This document shows positions 46,933 through 56,118 of a stretch of 64,000 nucleotides of DNA, piece by piece. Within the stretch, counting starts at the first letter, position 1. Every line of letters starts with the position of its first letter. Origin of the DNA: a virus. The notes beneath the pieces are model-generated. The model was not told the origin of the DNA and did not search any database. It worked only from the letters and a program-made list of their open reading frames with translations. The position numbers were made by a program, and so were the translations under genes. Where the stretch lies: positions 11,541 to 75,540 of the IMG/VR virus record IMGVR_UViG_3300031962_000002; one strand, written 5' to 3'.

Positions 46933-48446
46933 AATGGCTGTTCAAATTGGTCTTGATCCTTTAACTGTTCAGTCGGGTCTTTCATACGAGTCACTCCATT
47001 AATCTGCCTTTGTGTGTTCCAAGTATGCTCCGCAGCCCAAGGAACAAATTTTGTAATCTTCCCTATGAACTTCAGTTTTGCTGTTTCCAAGGCTCCTGCT
47101 CTGTGCTTTGCCACAATAACTTCCGCAAGTCCACTGGTAGAATTTCCATCCACATCTTCGGTGATTTTGTAATACTCTGGACGGTATAGGAACAGAACCA
47201 AATCGGCATCGCTCTCCAAACTGCCCGATTCTCGCAAGTCGGAAAGCTGTGGCCGTTTGTCACCTCCGCGTGTCTCCAACCCCCTGTTCAAAGAAGAAAT
47301 CAGGATAACACAAATGCCGTTTTCCTTAGCAATTGCCTTACATCCACGCGACACGTTTCCTATTTCCTGGTCTCGGGATATTGATTGACCGTGGACAGTC
47401 CCGCGAACGAGCTGGGCATAGTCAATCAGCAATATCCTGATTTTATGCTTTTGAACCATTCTTTTAGCCCTAGCCCGTATATCGGTGATGTGTAAAGCTG
47501 CTGAATCATCGATATACATTTCGCACTGTCCTACCTTGCCATAACCATCAGCCATCCGCTCGAATTCGTACTGGGTAAGTGCATCCTTGCCTTGCCTAAC
47601 CTTGTCAGAGTCAATTTCGGCCTCTGCGCACGCTAGGCGTTCGATGACAGCCACGGACGGCATTTCAAGGGAGAAAGCCCCAGTCGGTATTCCGAGTTCC
47701 TTAGAGGCAAAATAAAGCGATTGAAAGGCCAATGTAGTCTTTGCCATGCCAGGGCGTCCGCCTAAAACTACCAAATGTCCTGCATGCCATCCAAAAATAA
47801 TACGATCCAGTGTTTCGTGACCTGTTGATGTGCCAGAAGTCTGCCCGGCCATGCGGTTTTGAAGTCCTACATAGGCCTCGTAGGCTATTTCTTTCGCTGA
47901 TTTCTTGTTTTTGGTGTCCGATAGGCTTTCTGTGATGCTTTCAATCCGCTCGTACGCATAATCTTTCAATTCAAAGGCGTCTGTGGTATCGTCATAAGCC
48001 CTGGCGTGCAGTTCAGAGGCTATCATGATTAATTCCCGCTTCATAGCATGCTGGATGATAATCCTCGCATGCCATTCGATATTTGCCGATGAACTTACCT
48101 TTGAAGTCAATTCAGCGATATAGTAGGCACCTCCAATCAACTCAATCTTTCCTTTTTTTCGGAGCCGGGCTATCACGGTGCGCATGTCAATCGCCTCCCC
48201 TTCGGTGAATAATTCAAAAATTGCCTCAAAAATCTCTTTATGAGCATCAACATAAAAGTGATCTGGCCGGAGTATCCCTCCCACTACTGTCATCGCGTTT
48301 GACTCAAGCATCAAACCGCCAAGTATGGCCTGTTCAGTCGGAACATCCTGCGGTGGCATTTTTCCAATACTTTCGGAAATGTCTCTTGCTAGTGGCCTAT
48401 TTGGAATCCCCTGACCTAATCGAACTGGCGTTGATCGTTGCTCCAT
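46929..48446 (-). CDS. dnaB: Replicative DNA helicase DnaB
   Basis: MPPQD..EQAILG, GRPGMAKT, FSLEM, IDYAQL, LSDLRESGSLESDAD and KHRAG. Confidence 0.95.
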   Translation of the reverse strand: MEQRSTPVRLGQGIPNRPLARDISESIGKMPPQDVPTEQAILGGLMLESNAMTVVGGILRPDHFYVDAHKEIFEAIFELFTEGEAIDMRTVIARLRKKGKIELIGGAYYIAELTSKVSSSANIEWHARIIIQHAMKRELIMIASELHARAYDDTTDAFELKDYAYERIESITESLSDTKNKKSAKEIAYEAYVGLQNRMAGQTSGTSTGHETLDRIIFGWHAGHLVVLGGRPGMAKTTLAFQSLYFASKELGIPTGAFSLEMPSVAVIERLACAEAEIDSDKVRQGKDALTQYEFERMADGYGKVGQCEMYIDDSAALHITDIRARAKRMVQKHKIRILLIDYAQLVRGTVHGQSISRDQEIGNVSRGCKAIAKENGICVILISSLNRGLETRGGDKRPQLSDLRESGSLESDADLVLFLYRPEYYKITEDVDGNSTSGLAEVIVAKHRAGALETAKLKFIGKITKFVPWAAEHTWNTQRQINGVTRMKDPTEQLKDQDQFEQPF

Positions 48447-48724
48447 TATCTAACCATAAACTTTGTTTCTAACCATCCTTGAAATTCTCCTGCAAAAAAT
48501 GACGGACAAACCATTTGGTCACTATGGCTATCAATTGAACATCCGCACATTGCGCACGGTTCTTGTGTGGAGTGAATTTCTATAAAACATTTTTTTAATT
48601 GGTCTTGATCTATCCCTGTTCCATCACAAAATGAGCAAGTTGATGGACAATCCATTCCGTCAACGTTTATTTCCTTTTCTCCGTGACCATTACAGAATTC
48701 GCATTTTAAATCTTCGTATTTCAT
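48446..48724 (-). CDS. DnaJ-type zinc-finger protein
   Basis: CEFCNGHG and CSFCDGTG. Confidence 0.7.
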   Translation of the reverse strand: MKYEDLKCEFCNGHGEKEINVDGMDCPSTCSFCDGTGIDQDQLKKCFIEIHSTQEPCAMCGCSIDSHSDQMVCPSFFAGEFQGWLETKFMVR

Positions 48725-49554
48725 TTCGGTATCTGGTAAAACATTTTTTCATCTTTTTTTCCTTTGTTCAATGGACTTGATTCCCATGAGGCCAACCTTT
48801 TTGCTAAATCCCAGAATTCTTCCAACTCCCACCGGATGCGTTGTGGTTCTGGTTTGTTTTCTGGCATCGACCAATGACGGTAGAAAGAGTTCATCACATC
48901 GCTTGTGTATTTGCCCCTAAATGGTTCCATTGCTGCGGTCAGGGCTTGTTGCTTCTGTTTCACGGTCTTTTCGATGTCGGTCAAGTAACAGGCAATTTTG
49001 TCGAAATTATTTCGAGCCCAAGTAGCAAGGCGAAGTGATATTTCAAATGTTTTTTCCTTTTCGAACTTCATTTTTGGTACTTTGGAACGGGATGTTTCAG
49101 TCCATTTCGCTACGAAGTTATCCAACATTTTCTTTGTGTATATCAATTCTCCAGCATGGTAAACTTCTTTTTTGAACGACTCTTTTTTAATTTTTAATTC
49201 AGAGTAGATACTTTCATTTTCATTTTCCATATGTGGTGACATATGTTCCTGTTGACTCCTATTATTCTTTCTTGAAGAACAATAATCAATACGCTTAGTT
49301 TTTTCAAAGTCCAATCTTTCATTAAAAAAAAGACCTTGTTCGTCTTTTTGAAACTTCTTTTGGAGGGTAGGCCAGCTTGAGCCAAAATCCGATCCAAGAC
49401 AAGTTTTTATTTCTTCTAATGAAAGGTGACCATTATTAAACTGAGCGTGAAGCAAGTCCATGTAGCACCCCTTTATGAATCGGGTCATAAGACTGGTGCC
49501 AGAATACCAATCTCCAAAATACCAAAGAAGGGCCGGATCTTTAGCGATAGGCAC
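48721..49554 (-). CDS. Replication initiator-like protein (YdaU/DUF1376-type N-terminus)
   Basis: KDPALLWYFGDW...GCYMDLL...FNERL, with duplicated C-terminal W-containing repeats. Lies upstream of dnaB. Confidence 0.7.
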   Translation of the reverse strand: MPIAKDPALLWYFGDWYSGTSLMTRFIKGCYMDLLHAQFNNGHLSLEEIKTCLGSDFGSSWPTLQKKFQKDEQGLFFNERLDFEKTKRIDYCSSRKNNRSQQEHMSPHMENENESIYSELKIKKESFKKEVYHAGELIYTKKMLDNFVAKWTETSRSKVPKMKFEKEKTFEISLRLATWARNNFDKIACYLTDIEKTVKQKQQALTAAMEPFRGKYTSDVMNSFYRHWSMPENKPEPQRIRWELEEFWDLAKRLASWESSPLNKGKKDEKMFYQIPK

Positions 49555-49981
49555 CTCCCTTCACTATACATTCTTCGTTGAAAATAAAGACACCATGATC
49601 AGTTAATTGATGAAATTTTGAATGGCAATTTGGACATATTTTTATAACTTGAGTGCCATTATTTTTCTTACGAATGGGATAATGATGATCATGCATCAAA
49701 ATATTTGATAATCCGCAAAACTGACATCCTACTAAGTAATTTTGATTGAGCAAATCAAATGCTTCTTTGTCGGTAATTACCTTTCTCTTAATCAATTTTA
49801 ATGAAGAAATCTTTTTTAATTTCCTGTATATAGAATCTTTTTTTAAATCAAGTAGAGGAAGTGCCGTCACTAAGTTATCATAAGAATATAAAATTTTATT
49901 TAATCGGAACCATGTTATTATGGCCGCATCATCATAATTAATGAGACCACCAAACTTGTTTAAATCATCATCAATGGCCAT
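49541..49981 (-). CDS. HNH-type endonuclease-like protein
   Basis: CQFCG...HHYP...ICPNCH. Confidence 0.65.
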   Translation of the reverse strand: MAIDDDLNKFGGLINYDDAAIITWFRLNKILYSYDNLVTALPLLDLKKDSIYRKLKKISSLKLIKRKVITDKEAFDLLNQNYLVGCQFCGLSNILMHDHHYPIRKKNNGTQVIKICPNCHSKFHQLTDHGVFIFNEECIVKGGAYR

Positions 49982-50125
49982 AAAAAATAAAGCCTTTGAT
50001 CGGGTTCAGGTGTGCAGCCATCCCCCTATCAAAGGCGTTTAAAGTTCTTTTTCACCGCTTCTGCACACAGCGATTGCCGATCCTTTCGGCGCAACAAATT
50101 TAACAATCAATGACACTTTCACAAA
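49982..50125 (-). promoter_or_regulatory. Promoter plus terminator/antiterminator leader of the replication operon
   Basis: TTTG-N19-TAAATTTG (50125-50095). Terminator stem GCCTTTGAT/ATCAAAGGC plus T-run. Upstream GTGTGCAG is complementary to CTGCACAC inside the terminator. Confidence 0.7.
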
Positions 50126-50141
50126 GATTTCATGATTTTAA

Positions 50142-50366
50142 TCACGTAACTAGGCAAATTTTTTTAGCCTTTGCATGCAAATCGACATAGTTCGGTATCT
50201 GCCTCCGGTACTTAACCAGTAATTTGACCAGCATGGCCCGTCCTTTGACCGTCATTTCACGATCATACCAATTGGGCAGGTTTTGTACGAAGCGTTTGTC
50301 GAACGTTCCTGGAAGGAAAGAACAGGCTTGTAAGGCTACGGCTATTTGGCGCTCGATGACGGTCAT
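50142..50366 (-). CDS. Hypothetical protein
   Basis: Coupled ORF; FLPGTFDKRF and YRRQI. Confidence 0.65.
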   Translation of the reverse strand: MTVIERQIAVALQACSFLPGTFDKRFVQNLPNWYDREMTVKGRAMLVKLLVKYRRQIPNYVDLHAKAKKICLVT

Positions 50367-51142
50367 GCTGGAACCTGCCTTGAATCAATCAAATACTGTG
50401 GAACCGGCTCAATTTTATCAATTTGCTTGAAAAAATAAGGTACGCCAGCCGCCTTGCACTGCTTTTGCACACTGTCAGCCCATTCCATGTCGAACGGACG
50501 CCGATTATGACCGCTTTCACCGCCTTGGATAACCCAATTTATGCCACCGTACCAGACACCTGGACGCAACACTGGATCTTCAAAATCAATGGGACCAAGT
50601 TGCGGCTCTATGCTAAGGAACTTTTTGCCTTTCACTTGTAATAATTGCGGAATCAATGTTTGTGCTGTTTTCTGATCCACTGGAGATGTACCGTACATCA
50701 CGTTCGGTTCTGGGTTATCCAACCAACCAGCGGGTACGTACTTTGGAATGTTGCTTGGCCGTTTGGTCAGGAGCAAAAACAATAGATTAGGATAAATTTC
50801 AGCACTGATGCGGGTGAAAAATTCCTGCCGTAAATCATCCGTGTTTTCATAGTGACGGAATGGATTTGAAATAGGCATTGGCTTTTCAAAAATGTCCATC
50901 ATTGATCCCACAAAAACTCGATCAAATCTATCTGCTTTTTTTGCTTCGCGCTGGAACCTATCCAAATCCTTCCAGACGGACATGATTGCTCGGCGTGGTT
51001 TGTCGTTTCCCCATTCATCGTGTCCCCAACGGTGCGATAATACCCTGGCATAACAGTTGTCACAGCCGGCATGAACCTCAGTGCATCCCCACCACAGATT
51101 TGCCGTGTGATCGGTCCACTCAATTTTGCTATTCTGTGCCAT
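50363..51142 (-). CDS. DUF5131 / phage Gp37-Gp68 family protein
   Basis: SKIEWTDHT, GC...GCDNCYA, LLTKRP, GGESG and FFKQ. Confidence 0.92.
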   Translation of the reverse strand: MAQNSKIEWTDHTANLWWGCTEVHAGCDNCYARVLSHRWGHDEWGNDKPRRAIMSVWKDLDRFQREAKKADRFDRVFVGSMMDIFEKPMPISNPFRHYENTDDLRQEFFTRISAEIYPNLLFLLLTKRPSNIPKYVPAGWLDNPEPNVMYGTSPVDQKTAQTLIPQLLQVKGKKFLSIEPQLGPIDFEDPVLRPGVWYGGINWVIQGGESGHNRRPFDMEWADSVQKQCKAAGVPYFFKQIDKIEPVPQYLIDSRQVPA

Positions 51143-52254
51143 CAGTCGTCAACCTTAATCCCACTGACTGGAACCGCCTTCCTATTGCTTTTGTATTTAT
51201 TGCAAGTCTCAAAAGCCTCCTTCAGGTGGGAATGTACTTCGTAGGCCGCATGTTTGCCTTTCTTGGACTTCATGTGACTCCAGACGGATGACTGCAACAA
51301 TTGGACTTCGATTTGCTGGGCCAGAAAAGCGAACCGATCGGAGTCTTCGCCGAACTTCAACTTCTCGGCGGCCTCTTCCTTCTCCTGCTGTTCGCGTTCG
51401 GCTTTCTCTTTGATCTCGCGTTTAATTCTTTCTTCGGTTTCAATGCGGGCTCTTTCTTCTGCCTCTTTCTTTTCCTGTTCGGCTTTCACGGCGGCAACAC
51501 GCTCGCGTTCCTGACGGTCGATTTCATCTTGTCGCTTTTTCAATTCAAGTTCCTTGGCCTCTTGTTCTTTCCGTATCCGGTCATTATCGGCCTTAATCTT
51601 GTCCTGTTCAATTTTGAAAAGACGTTCGCGTTCTTCCTGCTCTTTGCGGAGGTTCAAAAGCCTTTCTTCTTCCTGCTGTTTGAGTTCTGCCTGGCGCCGC
51701 TCTTCATCTTTCTGTTTTTGACGTTCGGTGACTTCCAGTCGTTGCTTTTCTGCGTACTTCTCTTTGGCCTCAGTCAGGATATCTTGAAATTGCTCATCTG
51801 TCAAAGCCTTCAATTCGTGGAAGTCAACAGCATAATCAACCTCATTGAGTTGTTCGATCATTGCCTGAATGCGGTCAGATTCTTTCTTTTCTTCTTCCAG
51901 CCGCAGGCGTTCCTTCTCCGCGTAGTAATCATCCTCGCGTTGCTGAAGGAGTACTTCGGTGGGATACAGATATTCGATCAGTTCGTTTTCTTTGCTGATC
52001 ACCGCCTTCTGAAAGCGTACTGCCGATTCTCGGAGGTTCTTTGATTCCTTCTGGATTTCAACACGTTTCCCCTTTAGCAATTTACGGGCCGCCTCCACTT
52101 CTTTGAGTCGGCTTTTTTCATCCTGCAAAATGACATTGCTGGCCAAGTCTTTGACGGAATCAACCAGTGCGATAAGACTTTCTTTGGTGATCTTGTTTTC
52201 GAACTTCTGAATTTCAGTGTCGATGAATGATGTTTTGGTTAGTTCGGTTTCCAT
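51142..52254 (-). CDS. Coiled-coil hypothetical protein
   Basis: Long E/K/R heptad-rich region. Confidence 0.75.
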   Translation of the reverse strand: METELTKTSFIDTEIQKFENKITKESLIALVDSVKDLASNVILQDEKSRLKEVEAARKLLKGKRVEIQKESKNLRESAVRFQKAVISKENELIEYLYPTEVLLQQREDDYYAEKERLRLEEEKKESDRIQAMIEQLNEVDYAVDFHELKALTDEQFQDILTEAKEKYAEKQRLEVTERQKQKDEERRQAELKQQEEERLLNLRKEQEERERLFKIEQDKIKADNDRIRKEQEAKELELKKRQDEIDRQERERVAAVKAEQEKKEAEERARIETEERIKREIKEKAEREQQEKEEAAEKLKFGEDSDRFAFLAQQIEVQLLQSSVWSHMKSKKGKHAAYEVHSHLKEAFETCNKYKSNRKAVPVSGIKVDD

Positions 52255-52257
52255 AAT

Positions 52258-52593
52258 TTAAGTTTCTATATGTTGAGGTTCTTTTTTTGCCACCCACTTT
52301 GGAAGTTTATCCAACACTTCTGATTCGCCTTCTGTTACGATGTATCCCACAACCCACCATTTATAGCCATTGTTGTATTCAGCCATTAATGTGTATCTGA
52401 ATTTTGGAAAATAATGAAACTCAATTTCATCGAATGAGGTACATTCTTTTTGTACAGAAAATTTATGGAACCAAAGATCATCCATGAATTTTTTTAACGT
52501 ATTCAATTTAAACAATTCATCCAATGAGTTGAATTCAAATTCTTTTGGGTCATAGCCGCTTACAAAAGATGGCACATGTTCTATTAATGTCAT
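52258..52593 (-). CDS. Hypothetical protein
   Basis: Likely start MTLIEHVPSF; motif KWWVVGY. Confidence 0.6.
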   Translation of the reverse strand: MTLIEHVPSFVSGYDPKEFEFNSLDELFKLNTLKKFMDDLWFHKFSVQKECTSFDEIEFHYFPKFRYTLMAEYNNGYKWWVVGYIVTEGESEVLDKLPKWVAKKEPQHIET

Positions 52594-52595
52594 AG

Positions 52596-53000
52596 TCAAT
52601 TTGTGAAGGTCCTTAAAATCCATTTGCCTCGCCAGAATCCTACACCCATGGCCTTCACGCTCTTGCCCATCAAACATTGCCGGTGAGGCTTGCTTTTCAT
52701 CCATGATTTAACTGGGTCTGCACCGATGGCAATGCACTCCGCCCCGGTTCTATTGAATCGTACAAGAAATTTTGTGTTGTGCTTCAAATCGTAAGGCATG
52801 AATACCGCCCAAGTTTGAGCTGACCTTTCAAGTTTTTTGTCAACTGGCACCGATTGGAGCCCGGCCCGTTGTCGCGCCGCATTAATAGAATCGTAGACCT
52901 GTTGTCTGGTCTGGGCAAAAGAGTGGGGTGCCGCTAACCAAAACAGCACCCCAAGTGTGATCACGGAACACAAACTATATGAAGGTGCAAAGTTACGCAT
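52596..53000 (-). CDS. CAP/SCP-domain protein with signal peptide
   Basis: INAARQRAGL, AECIA, WMKSKPHR and MGVG. N-terminal hydrophobic signal ending SFAQ. Confidence 0.8.
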   Translation of the reverse strand: MRNFAPSYSLCSVITLGVLFWLAAPHSFAQTRQQVYDSINAARQRAGLQSVPVDKKLERSAQTWAVFMPYDLKHNTKFLVRFNRTGAECIAIGADPVKSWMKSKPHRQCLMGKSVKAMGVGFWRGKWILRTFTN

Positions 53001-53005
53001 TTTTT

Positions 53006-54010
53006 TTAAGGTTTCACAGTCCGTTCGTGTGTAGCAAAAACGTCTCTTTTTCTGATCAGCAAGTATTTCTCTTTATTCAAAACAATTTCCTGACGGTCGT
53101 TCTCTCCAAATAGCACTTGCATTCCTTCTGGATAGTCGCTGTCGCCACCGTGATACACAATTCCTTTCCGTGTCAATTTCTTTTTCAGGTAGATTCCTGA
53201 TTCTGTTTGCTCGGGTTCTGGCTCAGGAACGATGAGCATGTGCCCGCGTATAGGTACAAACTTTCCATCTACTTCCTTTCCAGTGATGTGTCGCTGCCGA
53301 ATGACGAAATAATCCCGTCCCTCGATCTTGTTCATCCAGTCGGCATTTCTGCGGTACCAAATCTTCTGGCCAACTTCAAACTCAAGATTGTCGCCTTTCA
53401 AAGGCTTGCCCACATGTCGGACGAAAGCTGTTAGAAACTTGTGTTCCGGTTTAACCTTCTTTTGGATCCACTGATCTTTGGGTTTGAGGATATCCTTTCC
53501 GTGTTTGTCTTTCAGCCCTGATTTTGTCGGAACAAAAATGTCCTCCCAGCTTTCCATGTCTGGATCACAAAGTACGTAAGACGCTATCGGGATAATCTGA
53601 CCATCTCTCACGGCGCAGATAATCTGGTCGTAAGAAACCTTGTAATACCACACTCGGTTCGTATGTGTTCCTTCAATCTTCACACAATTTTTCATCGTGA
53701 TGGTATTGAAGTGATAATACACACGGTCTGAAACCTTCACTTCTTGTTCGATGTCGCAAATATGTCTGTATTCAAACGGAGACGATTCACTGTATGGCGG
53801 TGAGCCCCGGAGTTCCTGTGAGACGGGATGCTTGCTCAAATGCAAAGGGATGCTGACGACCTCTCCGTAACATCTGACGTGCCTTGCTGGATCGAATCCA
53901 GGTTGAATAACAATATCTTGGCCATTCACTCCTTTGAAGGTTGCCTTGTCATTGAAAATGACATCTGTTTTGAAAATGACGTGGTTGGAGTAGGCCTTAA
54001 AGTCACTCAT
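53006..54010 (-). CDS. Multi-domain GroES-like co-chaperonin
   Basis: Three GroES-like repeats; the last is PIRGHMLIVP...TESGIYL...EKYLLIR. Confidence 0.65.
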   Translation of the reverse strand: MSDFKAYSNHVIFKTDVIFNDKATFKGVNGQDIVIQPGFDPARHVRCYGEVVSIPLHLSKHPVSQELRGSPPYSESSPFEYRHICDIEQEVKVSDRVYYHFNTITMKNCVKIEGTHTNRVWYYKVSYDQIICAVRDGQIIPIASYVLCDPDMESWEDIFVPTKSGLKDKHGKDILKPKDQWIQKKVKPEHKFLTAFVRHVGKPLKGDNLEFEVGQKIWYRRNADWMNKIEGRDYFVIRQRHITGKEVDGKFVPIRGHMLIVPEPEPEQTESGIYLKKKLTRKGIVYHGGDSDYPEGMQVLFGENDRQEIVLNKEKYLLIRKRDVFATHERTVKP

Positions 54011-54011
54011 C

Positions 54012-54335
54012 CTAAAAAAATTTAATCAGGTTGTCTTTTCCGAATTTCTGGAATCCTCTTTTGTAAATGCAATGTTGTTTGAACTTAGCGTTAAAGAATT
54101 CCATTATAACCAGTGCTTTTTTGTCGCGCTTACAAGAAAACTCAAACCACTGAAATACATCATCGAGATGACCATTACCAGGTACGTCATTCATAACTGA
54201 AATAATGCAATATGACAGGTCGTTATAAACCCATTGACCTTCGCATGTTCCAATCTTAAATAGTTGAATAGCAGGATTACGTGGCCATGGACACGCTTGA
54301 AAATATAATTTGTGAGTAGTTATTACGGCGTTCAT
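54012..54335 (-). CDS. Hypothetical protein (GNAT-like)
   Basis: NDVPGNGH...KRGF. Confidence 0.5.
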   Translation of the reverse strand: MNAVITTHKLYFQACPWPRNPAIQLFKIGTCEGQWVYNDLSYCIISVMNDVPGNGHLDDVFQWFEFSCKRDKKALVIMEFFNAKFKQHCIYKRGFQKFGKDNLIKFF

Positions 54336-54868
54336 TGGATGCCTTTTTCAAATTTAAGCCTTTCAACCTCTTTGGTGTAGTGAGCGACCAAGTAATCAAC
54401 CTCCGTTTTTCCTAGTTTGGATATCCCGCGCGATGCCACTTCCATTTTGTCCCATGTGCCAAACCCATACTTTCTATCCATGGCTATCTTGTACGCCTCT
54501 CTTCGTCCTCCTTCGAAGCCGTTGCAAGTTTTGCACTGAAGATGATTATTTTGTTCGTTGTACTTGGTTGCTTTGTGCTGGCGCCCAGCGCCATGCCCAC
54601 AGTCGGCCTTGGTGTAGTGTTTTGGTTTGCCACAGGTGAAACAATTCCCTATGCCTTGTTTGTTGGAATCCCTAAGGCGGATGAACAGTGAGAATATAGG
54701 CCAAAGGTGGATTTCGTCGTAAGCCTTTCCACGGGCATTTTTAGGTTCTTCTTTTTCGAGTTTCGGTTCCTGGCAGAACGTACAGGTTTGGTCATCTTCG
54801 CCATTAATGCGCTTGCAGTGCTGACAAATCCAGCGCTTCTCCTTCTTTGACTTCTGAATAAAACTCAT
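54332..54868 (-). CDS. ninG: NinG/Rap-like recombination nuclease with N-terminal RanBP2-like zinc finger
   Basis: FSLFIRLRD, CFTCG, DCGH and NNHLQCKTCN. Confidence 0.85.
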   Translation of the reverse strand: MSFIQKSKKEKRWICQHCKRINGEDDQTCTFCQEPKLEKEEPKNARGKAYDEIHLWPIFSLFIRLRDSNKQGIGNCFTCGKPKHYTKADCGHGAGRQHKATKYNEQNNHLQCKTCNGFEGGRREAYKIAMDRKYGFGTWDKMEVASRGISKLGKTEVDYLVAHYTKEVERLKFEKGIQ

Positions 54869-54894
54869 TGGACTTGGTTAGTCTGTTCGTATTC

Positions 54895-55060
54895 CGCGAA
54901 TAGGGGGCCAGCTCAACATCGCTCGCCAGCCCCCTTTCATACCAGCATCGCGCTGGGGATCATTGGTGCGGGACTCTCGGAGTCCGTTGGCCCTTAACGC
55001 CTGGTGCCCAACGGACGAAACACCAAGCCAAAACCATCCTGCAAACGAGTCCCTTCTTTG
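54895..55060 (-). ncRNA. Candidate structured RNA in an intergenic region
   Basis: Several perfect GC-rich helices: AGGGGGC/GCCCCCT, CCAGC/GCTGG, GTCCGTTGG/CCAACGGAC, GGGACTC/GAGTCCC and TTGGTG/CACCAA. Confidence 0.4.
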
Positions 55061-55198
55061 GATTTACTTTAAATATCTGCGGCCCACTATCCTAGTGATC
55101 AATCAAGGAATTCAATTGTCAGCAAATAGTCTTCGTAACGTTCCGAATGTCTCCACTAAAAATTGCTTTTCATGGGCCTTTCTCAACATAAGTTATCT

Positions 55199-55390
55199 TT
55201 ATTGAGGCACCAACTGCGCCTCTTCTTCATCATTTTTAGCCGCTTCGGTCTTGATCAAAATATCGACCATTCCGATTCTTGCGTGGATGTACCGCTCATT
55301 TTCGCACACAATACGGTTTGGATTGACTGTTTTCATAGCCGTTTCCTGTAATCCTTCCTGACCACAAATTGGACAAATTAGCCGTTCCAT
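55199..55390 (-). CDS. Small zinc-finger hypothetical protein
   Basis: CPICG...C...H; a consensus promoter lies immediately upstream. Confidence 0.55.
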   Translation of the reverse strand: MERLICPICGQEGLQETAMKTVNPNRIVCENERYIHARIGMVDILIKTEAAKNDEEEAQLVPQ

Positions 55391-55394
55391 ACCT

Positions 55395-55425
55395 CAAATA
55401 TAACTATCTTAAATACCACTCCAAA
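55395..55425 (-). promoter_or_regulatory. Bacteroidota-type promoter (near-leaderless transcript)
   Basis: TTTG-N19-TATATTTG, 4 nt before the ATG. Confidence 0.6.
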
Positions 55426-55490
55426 CTATTTTTAACATTTTATATTTTGAATAGGTTTTATTTGTTAGTTAAATAGTTTTTAATTGACTG

Positions 55491-55691
55491 TCATAACCAC
55501 TTGCCAAACTTGTCTACACGCCCCGGTATTAAATAATCAAAAGGCACGCATTCAATGTCTGTGAATCCCATTCCTTCCTTTTAGGCGATTACTTTTTCGG
55601 CCTCTTTCGCCTTTTCTTCAGTAGAAAAAACGCCGTAAATGATGAATCCACTATCTCTACCTTCGCTGTGATATAATAACCAAACTGTCAT
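55491..55691 (-). pseudogene. Small phage gene interrupted by an in-frame TAA
   Basis: MTVWLLYHSEGRDSGFIIYGVFSTEEKAKEAEKVIA*KEGMGFTDIECVPFDYLIPGRVDKFGKWL; stop at 55581-55583. Confidence 0.55.
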
Positions 55692-55854
55692 CTGAATAGT
55701 TTAACGACTCCAATCCCTCCGCATGCGACACAAATGCGCTCCAAATTTGTCACAGCGTCAATCCTGCGACCAGTTCCGTTGCAGCATGGGCAATCTACTT
55801 TAACCAAGTGAAGTGGTTCTGCTTTATGTGTAGTGCCACCACCCAGGATACCAT

Positions 55855-56118
55855 TTACCTTTCGACACTTTGCATTTCCATTTTAGGATACATCAAATCG
55901 TTGATTTGTTTCTTGGTCTGGTCGATGGTCGTGTTCAGGGTTTTGATAAGGCCATCGAAGAAAAGAGGTTGGTTTTCCTTAAGTATGATGTCTTCGGAGG
56001 CCACCACCTTGATGGTTACATCAGCACCCTGGTCGCGCTGGGCCACAGCCTCTTCAAGGTATTTCTCCAATTTCTCCAATTCAAGGGCCAAAACCGCTAC
56101 TGTCTTTGTTGCTGCCAT
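55855..56118 (-). CDS. Hypothetical coiled-coil protein
   Basis: Likely start MAATKTVAV. Confidence 0.55.
   Translation of the reverse strand: MAATKTVAVLALELEKLEKYLEEAVAQRDQGADVTIKVVASEDIILKENQPLFFDGLIKTLNTTIDQTKKQINDLMYPKMEMQSVER

Noticed and set aside
51301-52044. 247-aa plus-strand F/L-rich ORF
   Set aside because: It is the antisense shadow of the E/K-rich coiled-coil gene.
54963-55026. Possible third hammerhead on the plus strand (…GTCCGTTGG…CCAACGGAC-GAAA-CACCAA)
   Set aside because: It lacks the CUGANGA core (has CUCGGA) and the UH cleavage site, and it is antisense to local transcription. It is kept only as a generic structured element.
55688-55810. DnaJ-like Zn-finger frame (CPCCNGTG...CVACGGIG) on the minus strand
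   Set aside because: There is no in-frame ATG (only a possible TTG), so the boundaries cannot be supported. It may be a real tiny gene or a remnant.
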